DNA from: Convolutriloba macropyga
Lineage: Eukaryota
Assembly: GCF_964194025.1 (NCBI RefSeq)
Contig: NC_134477.1
Coordinates: 55,614,001-55,678,000, forward strand
Direction: 5' to 3'
Length of the DNA stretch: 64,000 bases
The notes beneath the pieces were generated by a model, which saw only the letters and a program-made list of their open reading frames with translations, was not told the DNA's origin and did not search any database. Below, piece by piece: positions 23,838 to 38,136 of this stretch (the stretch's first letter is position 1; each line of letters starts with the position of its first letter). The position numbers and the translations under genes were made by a program.

Positions 23838-26576
23838 AAAAAAATAATGAACTCAAAGCTCAGTACAAATGCACAAGAGATGTTAAACTACTATTAAGCT
23901 CAATTTCATGCGATCCTTTTTAAAAATATTTTCAAATGACAACAATCCCAGTCATCACTTGTATCTTTCGAGCAAATCACTCTTCATTGGTATTCATCTA
24001 AAAACTTGTCGCGGCAGCCTTCAGATTGTAAGATGAAATTTTTGAATAGGTTACTTCTTTCGTTCAAATTGTTTGTGTTGTTTTTCTTTGTATAAATAAT
24101 CAATGTACGGACATTGGTTTGGATAGGGCCAGTTAATGTAATCTTGGTTTGTAGCTGAAGACAGCAATATACGGTAAGCATTTGGCATGAGACTTTTCCG
24201 CATCTCTTAGATACGTTCACCTTATCCTTCTACTTTAAAGCTCTATTACCTACCATTTACTATTTGCATTACAGTTACGCAATTGCCGTTGGTGTTCTCT
24301 GTTTTTTTTTCGAGAAAACAATTTAACATCCCCAAGCGGGCTTTTCCTATTCTCCCTCAGATTCACGTTTTTATCCCCGAGAGAATATAAGTAATCACTT
24401 CATTCGATTTTTGAGCCACAGTGCGTTCTTTGTATTAAGAGATGTGAATAACAAACAATTGCAAATTCCAAAAAAGCAAAAAACATACGTTCATCTTGCT
24501 TGATAGTTATGATGAACTGTTCATATTTTGAGGGAATGATTTCGTGATTCTGCAAAACATTCTTAGCAAGTTATGCCACCAAACTATCACTTGTTGTCAT
24601 TACAACAGCTATAAATTACAAAGGAATTAAAGTCTTCTATGGAAAGGAACAATGAAACATTCAGTGTTATTCGGTAATTTATATTTTCGGTTTTTATATT
24701 TAGTGAAGAAAAATGTGGAAATCCATTGTTTTGAGCCCCAAAATTTTAGTGTATCAAGATTTTACCAAAACAAATTTTCAGATGAAGGACTATTTAGTAA
24801 TGATCAATTATTACGTGATAACGTGATCAAACATTACTATATATAAGCAGCTCAATTTTTTCAGTAGAAAAATTTTTTAACAAGGCTTCTTATATTTGAA
24901 AGAAGATAGTGGCATTTCGGAATTATTCTTTATAATGACGTATAATTGGAATCTTGGACAAATGCATGTGCAATTTTTTAGTCCAAATGCTACCAACAGG
25001 TATTTTAGTATCCTAGTTACCCAATATTCAACAGATTTTGGAAAACTGCGTTTTTAAAGATGCGACCTTATGTTGAACAGTTATCTTTTCAGGACATTTT
25101 GGGTGCTAAATGATAACCCTTCAAAAAGAAGGAATCGTTCTATTAGCAACTGCCGTTCATCCAATTTCCAAGTAGAATAAAAAATCTGTTGTTGAGAAAT
25201 TACCAGCTTTTAAAAAGCAAAAGTTGCTTTTCGAAAGCGTTCATCTGCAAGCTGATTTTAATACCTATTTGAAAACAACCACTTGCACTTCAACTCTACG
25301 AAATATAATCATGCAAGCTTAAATACAATTCAGCACATAGAACTACAAACAAATAAAAGAAGAAGCTTTTGGACTTAACCAACATATTGCCTACAGAAAT
25401 TGAGAACTGACCAACACTGCATTTTAATTAGAGAATTTTCAAAAGTAAAATAATCCTGCAGATATTGATACCGCATAGAACACGTTTCTAGCAGCCGAGT
25501 TAAAAAATGGGTTTTCTTGTTCTGCATTAAAAAACGTAAAAACTCACATATGTCTCTTTATAACGAAATATCTTGAATCTGAAGAGAAAGAAAAAACGGA
25601 GCGTCTATTTTCAAAAACAAAGAAGTCACAAGAGTTTAGCATTTGTAATGACGCCCAAGTACTTGTGTACAAGGAAACAGCACTAAAGAATGAAAACTGC
25701 TGTGGCATCATTGGAATCTCATGCAGGCAAAGAAGAACGTCAGTTGCCAATACATGAAAGCAGAGACACTCCAGACTTTGAATTCAACATAAATTCAGTA
25801 CTAAAATTAAAAGTATTTACATGAATATTTTTATCGACGTTTTGTTGAAAATCAATGATTAGGAAAGAGCGTGAAATGTTGTTTGCGGCACTTAACTTTG
25901 TATGAGTTGAGACAATTAATTGAAAACTTACAATAATCATGACGCTTTTTGCGTAATTATTTCCCAATAATCTTTTAACCATCTTCAAAGCATCATTGCT
26001 AACTATCCCTTTATAGTCAATTTCTGTTACAGCAATTGAGAATCCCGAAGACAACCACATCATATGTAAATTCCAAATCGCTTTTAGGAAGTTTCTATGA
26101 ACTGATTTAACAACCATGAAAGAGTAAATATGTTTTTCACAATTAGATTAGGCTCGATAAGTTTATATAAGTGGCTCGATATAAAGGCTGCTTTTGGTAG
26201 TCCTCGCCAACATATACTACCATCTAATCTGAAGGGACTGAGCATCATGTTCTCATCTGTATAAACATCTTAGTGGCGGTCTCAGAAATTTTAATCACTT
26301 TTCCCAGTCAATTTAACCGATCGTTGCTCCTGTTTACAATTTAAGCCATCTTCTTTTGGCTAACTATCGGTTGCATTAACAGCTTGTAAATGAGAAAAAA
26401 CGTAAATGATCTTATCTAGGCTGATGAACCGATTGTTTAATTCGTCTAAGACTACAATTTCACTAGAGTGAGCTTTTCAGCTCAATATTGGACACTCTGA
26501 AAAAAAACAGTTTGAGGATGCAAACCTCCAACAAAACTGAATTCATGAGAGATGCCCGAAAAATGGCTTGTGATGA
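23838..26576 (+). repeat. Duplicated segment, copy 2
   Basis: Near-identical to 20240-22726 except for a diverged first ~350 bp, an extra ~265 bp (24361-24623) and a replaced block near 25250-25370. Confidence 0.95.
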
Positions 26577-29443
26577 TCATTTATTTCTGGAGTATAAATG
26601 ACCAAAAATGCAAAACTTTGATATTCCAACTTTGATGTCACTCTCTTTGCAAGCAATTTAGTTCAGTTTGTGCTACTATTTTCTACCTCACTTCTATTGC
26701 ATTTAGGACTTCAATTCAAAATATCTAATAATTCTTTCACTGATAGTATTGATTCTCACTAGGCTGCACTATGGTAAATTGCTATATTATGTGGTGCCTA
26801 CGTTCGCCTCCAGAAATTACCGCGCACATCGAACTAAACACCAAGAATAATTATTCTGCGGCACACACCACGAATTTTAATAAACTGGGTGGATACCTGT
26901 ACAAAAACGCAATTCTTAATTTTTTTGGTATTTATTTAGCTCACCAATCCCAGGAGAATCCAGACTATCTGAGAGCTCGGAATGCTAAATTGACAAGATC
27001 GCAATACAATTACAGTTTCACAACTCACGTTATCGCCAGTGATCAGGAATTTTGGCCTTCGGACTTTGGTTAAATTTGTCAGTTATAGTGCTAGCAATAG
27101 TTCGTGCAGATTATTTGTTTTTGCTGACTGGTTCAAAATTGCATTGGTAATAATGCAACAGAAAGTAACCATAACAACGCACTAAATTTCTTCTTGTTTT
27201 ATCGTCAATTTTCACCTGCTCGGTCCACTCCGTGGCGACTGTTGAACCACGCCAGTCCTGACTTTGCTCTATGTAGAAGATATAAAAAATGAGAAAAACT
27301 CAAAACTTCTCCAAAATTGGAGAAAACTCAGCCAGCAGCTCAGTTGGCCCAAATTTTCAGATTCTGGCATAAAAAACACTTGTCACGCCTCTATTTCGTG
27401 CCTCAAAGTTACGTGATGTTTTTCCTTTAAATATCTATAAATTGTGCTACAATATAGTTTATATTCACATAGATCTCAAGGCCATGTATAGTCAGTTTTG
27501 CCATCTAGGCTTGTAACCCCTTATTCGTTTATGTTTACTAAAAACAACCGCAGATTGACAGTTTACTGATAAACATATTAAGTACATGAAGGCCTCAAGA
27601 TTTAACTTTTTGAGTTCCCTGACGATGAATTTGCATATTTGGTAAAATTCTTCATGAGAAACTATGTACTTGATGAAGTAATTTTTCTGATAAAGTAGGT
27701 GGTAATACCAAAATTGTATACGTACTTAACAAACATCGAGAGATACAAAAAGTCGGAAATTGCCAATTTGTAGATCAGTAAATATTTGCGAAGGACCAAT
27801 ACAACTCAAGGTACAGCACTGCGGAACCTACAATCTCCAGAACACCGGTGAACCAACCTGACAATCTGCTGATAATTAAACTCAACAATAATCTAGAAAC
27901 TTCTTTTTCTATCTCTAAAACTTTGTTTTATTTCTGTTAAAATAATTAAAGATTGAACTGAAGAATCTTTATAAAATGCTAAGTTGAAACAGGTTTCCTT
28001 AGAGCTTTATAACAACTGAGTAAAGCCTTAAAACAAAAGGCAATTATTGGATATATCAAGCATTCGAACCACTCAGTAAAAGACTATTACTAGCTAACTT
28101 TATTCAAAAATGATCTGCTAAAAATCGCGCTGTGAAACATCTAAATAAGTCCTTGTACAATGACAATTATTCAAGTTAATTACTTCTAAAATTAACCTCA
28201 TTAACACAACGAGGAGCACTCTATGAAGTCAGTGCGTAACAGAGAGTTATAAACTGTTACCCAGTTTAACGGACCGAAATTCTGATTAATTCTTTGATAA
28301 ATTTGATATTTTCTTCCTTCATTTGACTCTTCTCTTTATTTCCTTCACTTCATTGCCTTAAGAAACTTCAACCAGCATCTAGCATACCACTTCTGAGCAA
28401 GACAATAATGCAAAAAGTAGTAACAAAGGAAAGAAGGGGTGAAAACTGTGTTTCTGTCTTTGTGGACTAAATGCAACAATAATTCAAAAGGGATTGATTG
28501 GATAACAACTGGAGCAAACTCAACCACAACCGCCACAACGGAAAAACATCAACAGAGGGTATTTACAAACGAGGATAATGTGAGTCAAAGAATTTGTAAA
28601 ATTACTTTATGATGCTTTATTTATGTCAATTTATAAAGAACACATTCTCCCCGCTATAATAATTGTAGCGCTTCCCCCAATTTCATTGATCATATTGAAG
28701 GAAATAAAATTAACTCTGCGCAAAACAGCTAGAAAACGCAAGCTCAGATAGTAAATGCTTTCTCCTCTTCAATCCATAAGTCTATTGTTATTTTTATGCT
28801 AGATAATAACGATAAAGTTGTTGCAATTTGTTGGATAGCAAAAAGTCTAAATCAAAAAATACGCAAATTTGGCCTTATTCGTAATAAACTTCAATCAAAT
28901 AGTAATAGTAACCTTGATAACATCATCGCCAACTACCAGATAACCTCAGAATAAGCTAAATTATTGAAACCACAGTCTGAACATTAATTAATAGAGGGCA
29001 AACAAAATTTATTTAATCAGCTCCAGAGGTTAATGAATCAAACAGTGACTGAGGTCATTATGCTGTTGTCTATCTGAGTCGAGATTCCACAATGCCTGTG
29101 CGGTCGTAAAAATTTTTGCTAGATTGATGGGCACTCTTTGGTGGTGAGACTTTGGCGGCCCTTACGGCTTCAACGTTGACAGTGACGATTCGACCGGAGC
29201 ATTAGGTATAATTTCATAAGCAGTCCATCTTTATTGTTTTTCGAGCAAATGGTTTCAGAAGTTTCTTTTTCTGACCTCTTGTGCTACTCATTAACTAATA
29301 AGGATAGTCATTTTTCATTTCATTTATCTTTGTTAACCAATTAATCTCCCCATTAAGTTGAATTAAGTGTGCTACTTAATACTTTAGAACAAAATAAGAC
29401 TGATTGAACAATAAGTATATAACCTAAATAGGTAAAAAGCAAA

Positions 29444-30678
29444 ATGGTCCACGCGCAAATTACAATCACACCCTTCTCTGGATTAGAAACGGACATTTTT
29501 AATGGGTTTGAACAACGAATAACGGGAGCAATCGGAGTTGCAGGAATTGCAGAGGCGCAACACTCAAATACTCTGCAGTTACACTTAAAAGAAGAGATGC
29601 TTTAAAATGCTTCTTAATCTTACCAGAGTCTACCAGATTGGGTTTTGTAGATAGTATAACAGCTCGAAGAAATAGATTCACCCAAGATGACTTGAGAGAG
29701 AAGACGGATTTAGTGAAACATTTCTTAGTAAAGTTAAGAACTGAAGCAAATAAAGCATATCCAGCACAAAAAATAGTGGTAGCGCCCGCAGAAGGAAGTG
29801 ATGATTAAGCTCTTGGGTTTAAACGAGAAACAGCAGCAAGAGATTCTGCCCTTCAGATGTCAGAAAATCGAAAAAATGAACAAATAATGCGCCTCTTTAT
29901 AAAGTCGATGCCAAATTGGCTTCAGCCTAAACTGCTGGAAAGGCCAGACACATATACAATAGATCAATTATGTACCTTAGCTAGCCAATAGACGGCAAAC
30001 AGGGAGATGTGTAACAGAGAAGAGTACTTTGATGACGGATTTAATGAAATAACTGAGTCAAAAACCAACAAAATTCTAAAAGCAATAACTGTTACCTCAA
30101 ATAATCGAAAAGAACTTGCACCGAATCTTGGACAGAAAGTAGCACCTAAAAATGAGGCATCACAACAAGGCCCAGTAATCATTTTCGCGCCATATTGCCC
30201 TCAAGAAGTCTACAGACAAAGTTATAGATCAAATTTCTTCCCCCAATATCAAAATTATCAGCCAAATTGCCGCCAATATCAGTCTAATTATCGTCAATTT
30301 CAGTCAAACTATTGTCCCCAACAAGATTATGTCCACCGTCCGAATAAATACCGAGAGTTTAGACCGCAAGTTAATGATCCTAGACCATCTTATTACAATG
30401 AACAGCCGCAAACTCGGAATTATTGGAGCGAACCTCCAGATAGCCCCCCATTTGATCACCAATCTTATGTTAATAGGCCTATTTACAGGCTCCGAACAAA
30501 AAAACCTCCTGAAAATCTTCTTCGACAGGGACTACTTTTTGATAGCCCAATTTTAGCACAAGACCGATATGGTATTCAAAAAGCAAAAGAGTTTAGTTAT
30601 GCACTTCAACACAAAAAAACCAGAGGTATGAATTACCCATTTAATCAAAAAAAAACTAATAAAGACATCCAATCATAA
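29444..30678 (+). pseudogene. gag: Gag (frameshifted)
   Basis: MVHAQITITPFSGLETD..FEQRITGAIGVAGI..LQLHLK start and a Q/Y/N-rich C-terminal ORF (30007-30678), directly upstream of the protease. Confidence 0.7.
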
Positions 30679-30929
30679 AAACCAAAATAAAAATTATAAA
30701 AAGCCACAAAACTCCAGTTCTAATTTAGATAAAGTAATAAAACCAGTTTATAGCGAAAATAATAAAAAGCGTAGAAAACGCAAAAGAAATAGTAACAAAA
30801 ATAAAGTGATTAAATCTCAACAATTCCCAACTCAAGTTTCTCAGCCCACACCAAAGCCAGTAACCCATGTTCAACATTTATTCAGCATTTTTAAGGAAAA
30901 ACATTAACCTATGTGAAAATTAAATTTAA

Positions 30930-33918
30930 TTGAGAATTAAATAGACATGCACTAATTGATACAGGACCATTGGCAAACGTGATAAGTTTAGATAGAGTTT
31001 TTCAAAGATTTCTGTAACACAAATATTAATGCCATAACAGAAACAGAAAAAAATGGACATAGATAAAGTTAAAATGGCGAATGAAAACATAGTTAAAATT
31101 GATAAAGCAATTAAAGTTACATTTAAATTGGGCACAGAAACATTCACTGAAGACTTCTTCCTTGTGTTAATTGTCACAACTACTGTCTTAGTAGGAAACT
31201 CTTTCTTTATTAAGCATAAAATTAGCATCTCCAGGACGAAGCTACATTAAATTCTCCGATCAAACTCTACAAACAATTAAAATAAAGCCAGAAAAGCAAC
31301 CCAGAAGGGTAGTAAAGCGGAAGAAAATTGGAATTTAAACGAAGAAAAAGCAAGTATTATCAACCAATCAACAAACAATTCTAGAATGCAACCTCCGGAA
31401 TAAGCTAGAATTATTCACTGACCTTTCTAGAGTAATAATTCTGATGAAATCTTTGAAAAAGTTGGTGAAGTAAAGTTCTCTTTAAGTAAAGTTGCTGAAA
31501 ATAATATTCTTTACATCTATGTCCTGAACATTACTGAACACCTAATTACTGTAAATGAAGGCAACGAAATAGCCAATTTCTCCTTTTTAACGTCTGGCCA
31601 AGCTCAACAGTTATTTGAAGTAGAACCTTAATTAATAAATCTTGCTAAAATGAGCAAAAATTGTTTAACAGAAAAAAACCAATTAATTCAATTCACAGAT
31701 ACCCCAAGAAGAAAAGAGCAACCAGCTAGACCGGCACCAGAAAATGAAAAAAAGTGGTTGCCAACGCCTGAAAGGTGCCTTGACCCGACAAATTTGTCGC
31801 TCTTGCAGAGAGAAATCTATGAGCAATTGCTAAAACTGCAAGAAATGGAAAACTAGATCCAAAAGGTTATCATCAGGACAAAATCAAGCAATTTTTTTCT
31901 GAGCAAATTTCCTGGGGAAAAATGCTCGGCTCTCAATGAGGAAAAAAAGACAGCAGTAGGTGAATTATTAGTTGAATTTAGCGACATCTTTGCAAAACAG
32001 AGATTTGACGTCCGATACAATACAGATTTAAAAATGAAGTTTGATCCAGAAAAAAGCATACCAATTTATGAACAAGGCCCTCCAACACCTATTCACTTGA
32101 AAAATGAGTTGCAAGTAGAACGAGCATTAATGCATTACTACGGATTAAAAACGACTTTGTCTCAATCAAGATATAGTAGTCTCGTTTTTGCGCAACGAAA
32201 AAACTCAGGAAGACTTAGACTGTTAATTAACTTGAGAAAAGTAAATTGTTTGTCGAAAAATGATTAAATGATACAAACTTCCCCATTTCAATTATGAGTG
32301 ACGCAAAAAAATTAATTTGCCGGAAAAAGGTTGCTTACAAAACTTGACTGTTCTCAAGCATACCATTGTGAGCAAAGGGCTGACTATATATCAGTGCAAC
32401 TGCTAGCATTTAAATTTGCTTCGAGGACCTATGCATACAAATGTTTTACCCAAAGATTGAACTGGTAAGTAACCAGATTTAGCTCTCTCATTAGTTATCA
32501 CTTGGATCCATGCTTAACCTCAGGAAATTGTACCCAGTTTAAGGATGATATCGGAAACGTTGTAACAAATTATGAACAATTGGTGCCCTCTTTACTAGAA
32601 ATATTAACCTGTATACGTCAATCGGGACTAAAATAGTCCCCGGAAAAGTGTGAAATAGCAACTGATTCAATAAAATTCGTTGGAAATAACATAAGTGCAG
32701 AGGGAATATCGTCAGAAATGTCAAAAATCACTAATTTCTTTTATAAATTCAAAATGCCGAAAACAACAAAGCAAGTAAAGCGATTAATCCGCTCCACGTA
32801 TTCTTCCGTAATTACATCCCTCAGTTAGATGAGAAACTAATCTCATTTTACAAGCTCCTGAAGAAAGATACAGCAATAGAAACCACAGAAGAACACGTAA
32901 AAACATTAGACGTATTAAAGAAGGATTTAATGAAAGCGACAAGTGTAACATTGCGATTACCAGAACCCTGTTTACAGTATGTAATTTTTTGTGAAACTAG
33001 TTACCACAGAGCAGATTAGGTTTTGTACTAATGGTGGAAGATTAAATAAATGGAGCTGGAAAAAATGAAAATAAAACGTACGCTCCTGAAATGTTTGAAT
33101 CGCAGTTAAAGTTCTCTATTTATTAAAAAGAGTTCCTAGCATTGTATTTTGCTCTTGACTACTTTTCACACAATATTTGAGGATCAACCAAACATTTAAT
33201 TATTCTCACTGACATTAAAATTCTCACACAATCTTCAATCAAAATTAATGGCGCCATCTCTTTGGAACTCTTTAGACAGAATACTCTACTTCAACATAGT
33301 AATTGCTCACATTCCTGGACGGGCTAATTATGCAGCAGAGTTCTTTTCTAGAATGGAGCATTATAAAACAGCAACAAAGTCAGTGACGTTAACAGAGATA
33401 ATTCTAGTCAGAAAAATAGAAATAAACACAGAAGCACAAAATCTTGACGTCTAATTAAACGTGTTATTTGATACCGAAAATTTTTGCGGCGAAATAAAAA
33501 ATGATAAAATTGATGTGCTCAAAAAACTCGGATATTACGAGGACTACAAAAAACGGGAAAGTCATTTAACCATAAATAAAAATCAGGGGCTATTTAAACT
33601 TAAAAAAAACAAATAATTTATATTCAATTCAGTACCCAAATCCAATAAATGAGTTTCCAGACCTCACCGATAAACTAATTAGTCTCAATTTAGCAGAAGA
33701 GCATTTAAAAGATGCAGATATTAGAACAGTTATAGGCTGGATTCAGCAAAACAACCAATAACTAGACCTAAAATACGCTTCAACAAATTTAAAAAAGTAC
33801 CACAAACTTTTAAACAGATTAATTTTTTAAGGGAATGTCTTATATTGGATTTTTTATGATGACACAGGAATAGTACTTAATAAAAAACTCTGTGTAGGTA
33901 AGTATGTGTGGAAAGAGG

Positions 33919-33982
<64 letters not shown>

Positions 33983-34660
33983 GCCATAAATCTTAAACAG
34001 CAGGACACTTAGGCATCAAGGCTACAATTCGAGAGTTTAGAAAGCGATTCTATTATCCAGGCTTTACTGAACATTTCATCAGTTTCCAGTTTCATTAGAA
34101 ATTGCCTCGCTTGGCTCCAATTAAACAGAGTTCCAAAAAACCACTTTACAACAAAGTTGTAAACAATTAGCTCACTACAATCATATCCAGGAGATATGCT
34201 CCAAATAGATTTAATAGAATGTTTTGAGTTGAATAGATGTTTGCACAAAAAACTTATTCGCAGTCCCATTAGCAAATGGATTTGCTGATACAGTAGCTCG
34301 TCAACTAGTAATGGTGTTCCTCCAACACAACTACATTCCTAAAACAATACTTAGTGAATTAGGGACAAATTTTACATTGGAATTAATGTCAGAGTTAGCA
34401 AGATTATTAGAATTAAAGTTGAAACATGCCTCACTAAAACAACCGCAAACAATAGGAGCAAAAAAAATAAGACGGACCGTTAAAACGAAAGTTCAACAAT
34501 GAGGATCAGTGGAAGGATTGCACAAACACGTTCCTCTAGCAACAATCATTCATAACACTTCATTTCATTCGGCAATAAATTGTTTCCCTTCAACTTTATT
34601 CCATGCCAGAGAACCAATAAAACCCATCGATATTAGTTTCTCCAGAAAAGTAATGGATAC
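30930..34660 (+). pseudogene. pol: Gypsy pol (protease, RT, RNase H, integrase) with many stops and frameshifts
   Basis: ALIDTG (30949), RKNSGRLRLLINLRKVN, KLDCSQAYH (32340), QFKDDIG (32535), IAHIPGRANYAAEFFSR, AGH(L)G, YPGDMLQIDL, YIPKTILSELGTNF. Confidence 0.92.
33920..33979. repeat. (TA)n expansion inside the integrase coding region
   Basis: TA run grown within gct ata tat aga (A-I-Y-R) just before the AGH motif. Confidence 0.95.
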
Positions 34661-35556
34661 AGTAGGTGCACCATTAGCAGGACCAGTAGCAGCATGCCTC
34701 CCGCACCACCTCAGGTCCCACCAAGAGTAGCAGCACCAGTAGTTCGACCACGTAGCTCTAGTATTTATTAATTACAGTAGCTCTAGTAATTCTTTCGGTA
34801 TTTGACTCTGCACGTTCAGACGAATTAGTTCCAAAATTATTCGAAATAATAGTAGTTCAGATGAAAATTTAGTCAACTTGAACCTAGACGCTGAACAAAT
34901 AGCCAGAATACCGGTTTAGCCGTTGATTGCAGACGAAATTAGGCAACAACAACCAGAAGTTTGTGTCCCTCTGGTATCATCTTCTTCATCAGATGACGTA
35001 ACCTTTCCATCTCTTCAACAGTCCCAAACAACAATAGTACTAATCGATATTGAGTCACCTCCAGAAACACATGAAGAACAATTTGCATTAACCGAGAAGA
35101 AAAACAGTGCTGGGCCTTTTCACCCAAAACGAAAATAAGAGAAAAGTTCATTTAAATCACCAAAGAGTTACCAGCAACGAACAAACTTACGTGGCTTCAA
35201 ACTAGAAAAAGAAATCATATTTTATCAAGAGGGAGAGGAAGCTTTCAAAGATTTGACCAAGTTAGAAGATCAGGCAGCCCTAGACCGCGAAATGCACGAG
35301 CCAGATTGGAACAAGAAGAAAAACGAAAAGCAAAAAAAGCATCAGCAAAAGCAGCAAAACAGGCAAATACACCAAGTAAACAGACATAATTAGAACAAGT
35401 GAGAGCAAGTATAGCATAATATTCTAGAAAAAAACCAGCAGCCAAGTAAACAGACCAGTTACCAGATCAAAAAGAAAAAACACTTCACCAGGCTCATCTA
35501 ATCAAAGTTTAAATAGTTTCAGTAAAGAAATAAATGCAACATACCTCAGTTTACCA

Positions 35557-36090
35557 ACAGATATCTTACAATATCCGCACTCTTTTGCAAAAAGTAAAAC
35601 TGAAGACCTTGTAATGGCTAAAGGATTAGCCCGACAAGACGAAAGCTTGTACCCAGCAGCACCAAGTGCCATCAAACTTGAATACCCACCAAATTTTGGC
35701 TCTGTTTTAATATATTTTGACCCTTATTTTGAGCGTTATGTATTCAGTTTAGTGACCAAAAATAATTTCTTCGAAAAACCCACATACGAATCAGTGTTAG
35801 CAAGCCTATATGAGTTGAGAGACCTGGTTATAAGTGCAGAAATTCACCAATTAAGTCTTCCAAAACTCGCCAGTGGCTATGCTAACTTGGATATCAATAT
35901 CGTTTTTGAGCATATACGTCATGTCCTCGACCCTCTAATAAAAAACATTGATTGGCCAGTACAGACCCCTTACAGAACAGCATTAACCTCTATTTGTCCC
36001 AAAAACCCAACAAGTCTAAGCAACATGGTCCTAAAGACCAAAAATCACCAAAATTTGAAAAAAATCGACCTCAAAATCTATTTATTTTGA
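35557..36090 (+). CDS. TARG1/OARD1 (Poa1p-like) macrodomain, probably the C-terminus of Gypsy Pol; likely decaying
   Basis: TDILQYPHSFA...EDLVMAKGLA...RYVFSLVTKNNFFEKPTYESVLASL...LSLPKLASGYANLD matches the pattern DLF..SLAH..S.D..M..GIA...RYIYYLITK.....KPTY..L..SL...MPRIGCGLD.L. Confidence 0.85.
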   Translation, partial: TDILQYPHSFAKSKTEDLVMAKGLARQDESLYPAAPSAIKLEYPPNFGSVLIYFDPYFERYVFSLVTKNNFFEKPTYESVLASLYELRDLVISAEIHQLSLPKLASGYANLDINIVFEHIRHVLDPLIKNIDWPVQTPYRTALTSICPKNPTSLSNMVLKTKNHQNLKKIDLKIYLF

Positions 36091-38136
36091 TACATCTCAA
36101 GAAACATCTGTCCGAACAAAGATTACCCTAGTGGTATGAAATTCCTTTGTCCAATAAAAGCCATCCCAGCTATAATCGACCCGCTCCGACCCGTTCTAGG
36201 TATCAAAAATCTAGCCCAAATTTGACCTTTCCCAAACTCCATGGTTCACTTCAGAAAATCAGTCATAAAAATGCCCCGTTCACTCCAAGTTTCTGCGCTG
36301 CAGGGTTTTTAAGCAGAGGAATCAACCTCCAAATTTTGAAGCACGTTGGAGCATTTAAAAAACTGAGTGACGGCGAGCAGCCGGAAATTTAACACTTTTC
36401 GAATCGCTCGAGTTCACTAATAATTCCCACAAAAAATCCCCAATTGAACCATTTTATAGCCCTAGAGCATTTTGCCGCTCACTCTTGACATCCCAGTACT
36501 CAAAAATCCTTTCAAAAATAATAAAAGCTGAGTTACGTCAAAAAATACTTAACCCTACTAAAGTGCGTTAAATTTGATAAAATTGTAGTGTAAATTTTAC
36601 CCTAAAGATATGCCAAAACCTGCTCCAAATACCTCCTACAGCTACCCCGCTGCAACCCACATGGTACGACCTCAAACAACCACTAAGACCGATAACTCCA
36701 AATATATGATGTAAAATGACGAAAAACCGAAAATCGCGCTTCCGCTTCAATTAATTGCACCAAAAATTTTGTTATTTATGTCATACATGACCCGATTGAT
36801 GCCACCTATGCTTCTACTAAAACAGAAAAAATTCCACTAGTTTAGTAGCACCATAAAATCCAGTTCCAGCTTACCCTATTACGAACCATGAAGTCCAAAT
36901 AAGCTCACAAATTGTCCCAATTTTGCCAGAAAAAATTCAGTTATTTCCCTCTAGAATCAAATATATTAAACTCTGACAAAAATTAATTATACCGACATAT
37001 TGCACACTTCCATATTTCTCAGAATATGCACTCCCAGCCTCCTAGTGCCAATACAAGCTGAGAAAAAACTCCCAAATTAACAAAAATGAAAAAAAAATTG
37101 TATGCAATTCTTGTAAAAAGGGATCAAAAATGTGTCTCAGTACCCAAATATGTCTAATATAATTGTTGATTCAATTAGTCCTACTAATGAGCAGTCCTGT
37201 CATAGCCATTTGAACCATTTTGACTAAGTTTAACAAAGCCCCATAACCAATAACCTATCCTTTACTTGAGAGCCATTTCAAAAACCCAGGTTCACTGCAG
37301 CAAAAACGTTATAACTCATGAAAAAAAGTTGAAACCACCCAAATTGTTGCGCTGCGGGCTTTTTAGTAAAGGCGATCAAGCGATTCACAATTTTGAGCTT
37401 GATCCAAGCAAATTAAAAATCGAGTGACGTCGAGGACCCTGATTTTGAAGACATTTTGAAAATTCACGAAAATGTTCATAAAATCTGCAATAATATCCAA
37501 AATCTGTTATAATTAGCCTAAAACATTTGTATGCTCAGGTTGCACACTCTCAAATTAAAAACATTGAAAATTGTTTCCTAAAATGTTGAAACATTAGTAA
37601 AAAAAACTCTAGCGAACCTACTCTCAATTTCGTCAAAATAGCACCAGATTTAGACCAGAAAACAGTTCCAAATGGTTATTTACGAGCCCATATTCAATAT
37701 TCTGTCTTCCTAGTAGTTGTCCTAACGTAGTCAACCCAAAAAATTAAACAAAAATGCAAAAATTTGAAAAAAATGACAAAAAATAAAATCTGCACATATT
37801 TTGTCAAATTCAGTCCAAAATTCTGGAGTGAAAAACTCAACATAATGACCTTAAATCATGCAACAAACTGCACCAGTAGTTGCCACTAACATAGTAGTCT
37901 AGTCACTAGATTGAGCACCCATTTTTGTTTAATGTCAATTATCTTCAGTCTATGTCGACTTATGCATCAAACATGACTGACACTTATGGCTGACACATGT
38001 CTTGAGAATGCTCCATTAGTGGAAAAATCATGCCCAAAAATTACCATTTTGGACTCAAAAATCAATGTTCGGATCCGATAAATTGTCCCAATCCCCAGAA
38101 TTCAGTGATTCAGGGGGGGGAGGGGGTTGGACCCCC

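Larger units (their letters stand above)
29150..38108 (+). mobile_element. Decayed Ty3/Gypsy LTR retrotransposon (gag-PR-RT-RH-INT-macrodomain, long 3' region); ends uncertain
   Basis: Ordered gag and pol motifs. LTRs were not identified. The 3' region probably resumes after 63133. Confidence 0.8.

Noticed and set aside
26600-29100. Possible further retroelement remnants
   Set aside because: Looks like decayed coding sequence, but I found no diagnostic motif.
38113-38126. G-run as the polypurine tract of the upstream Gypsy
   Set aside because: It mirrors the C-run near the right terminus (63094-63099), so it belongs to the TIR.
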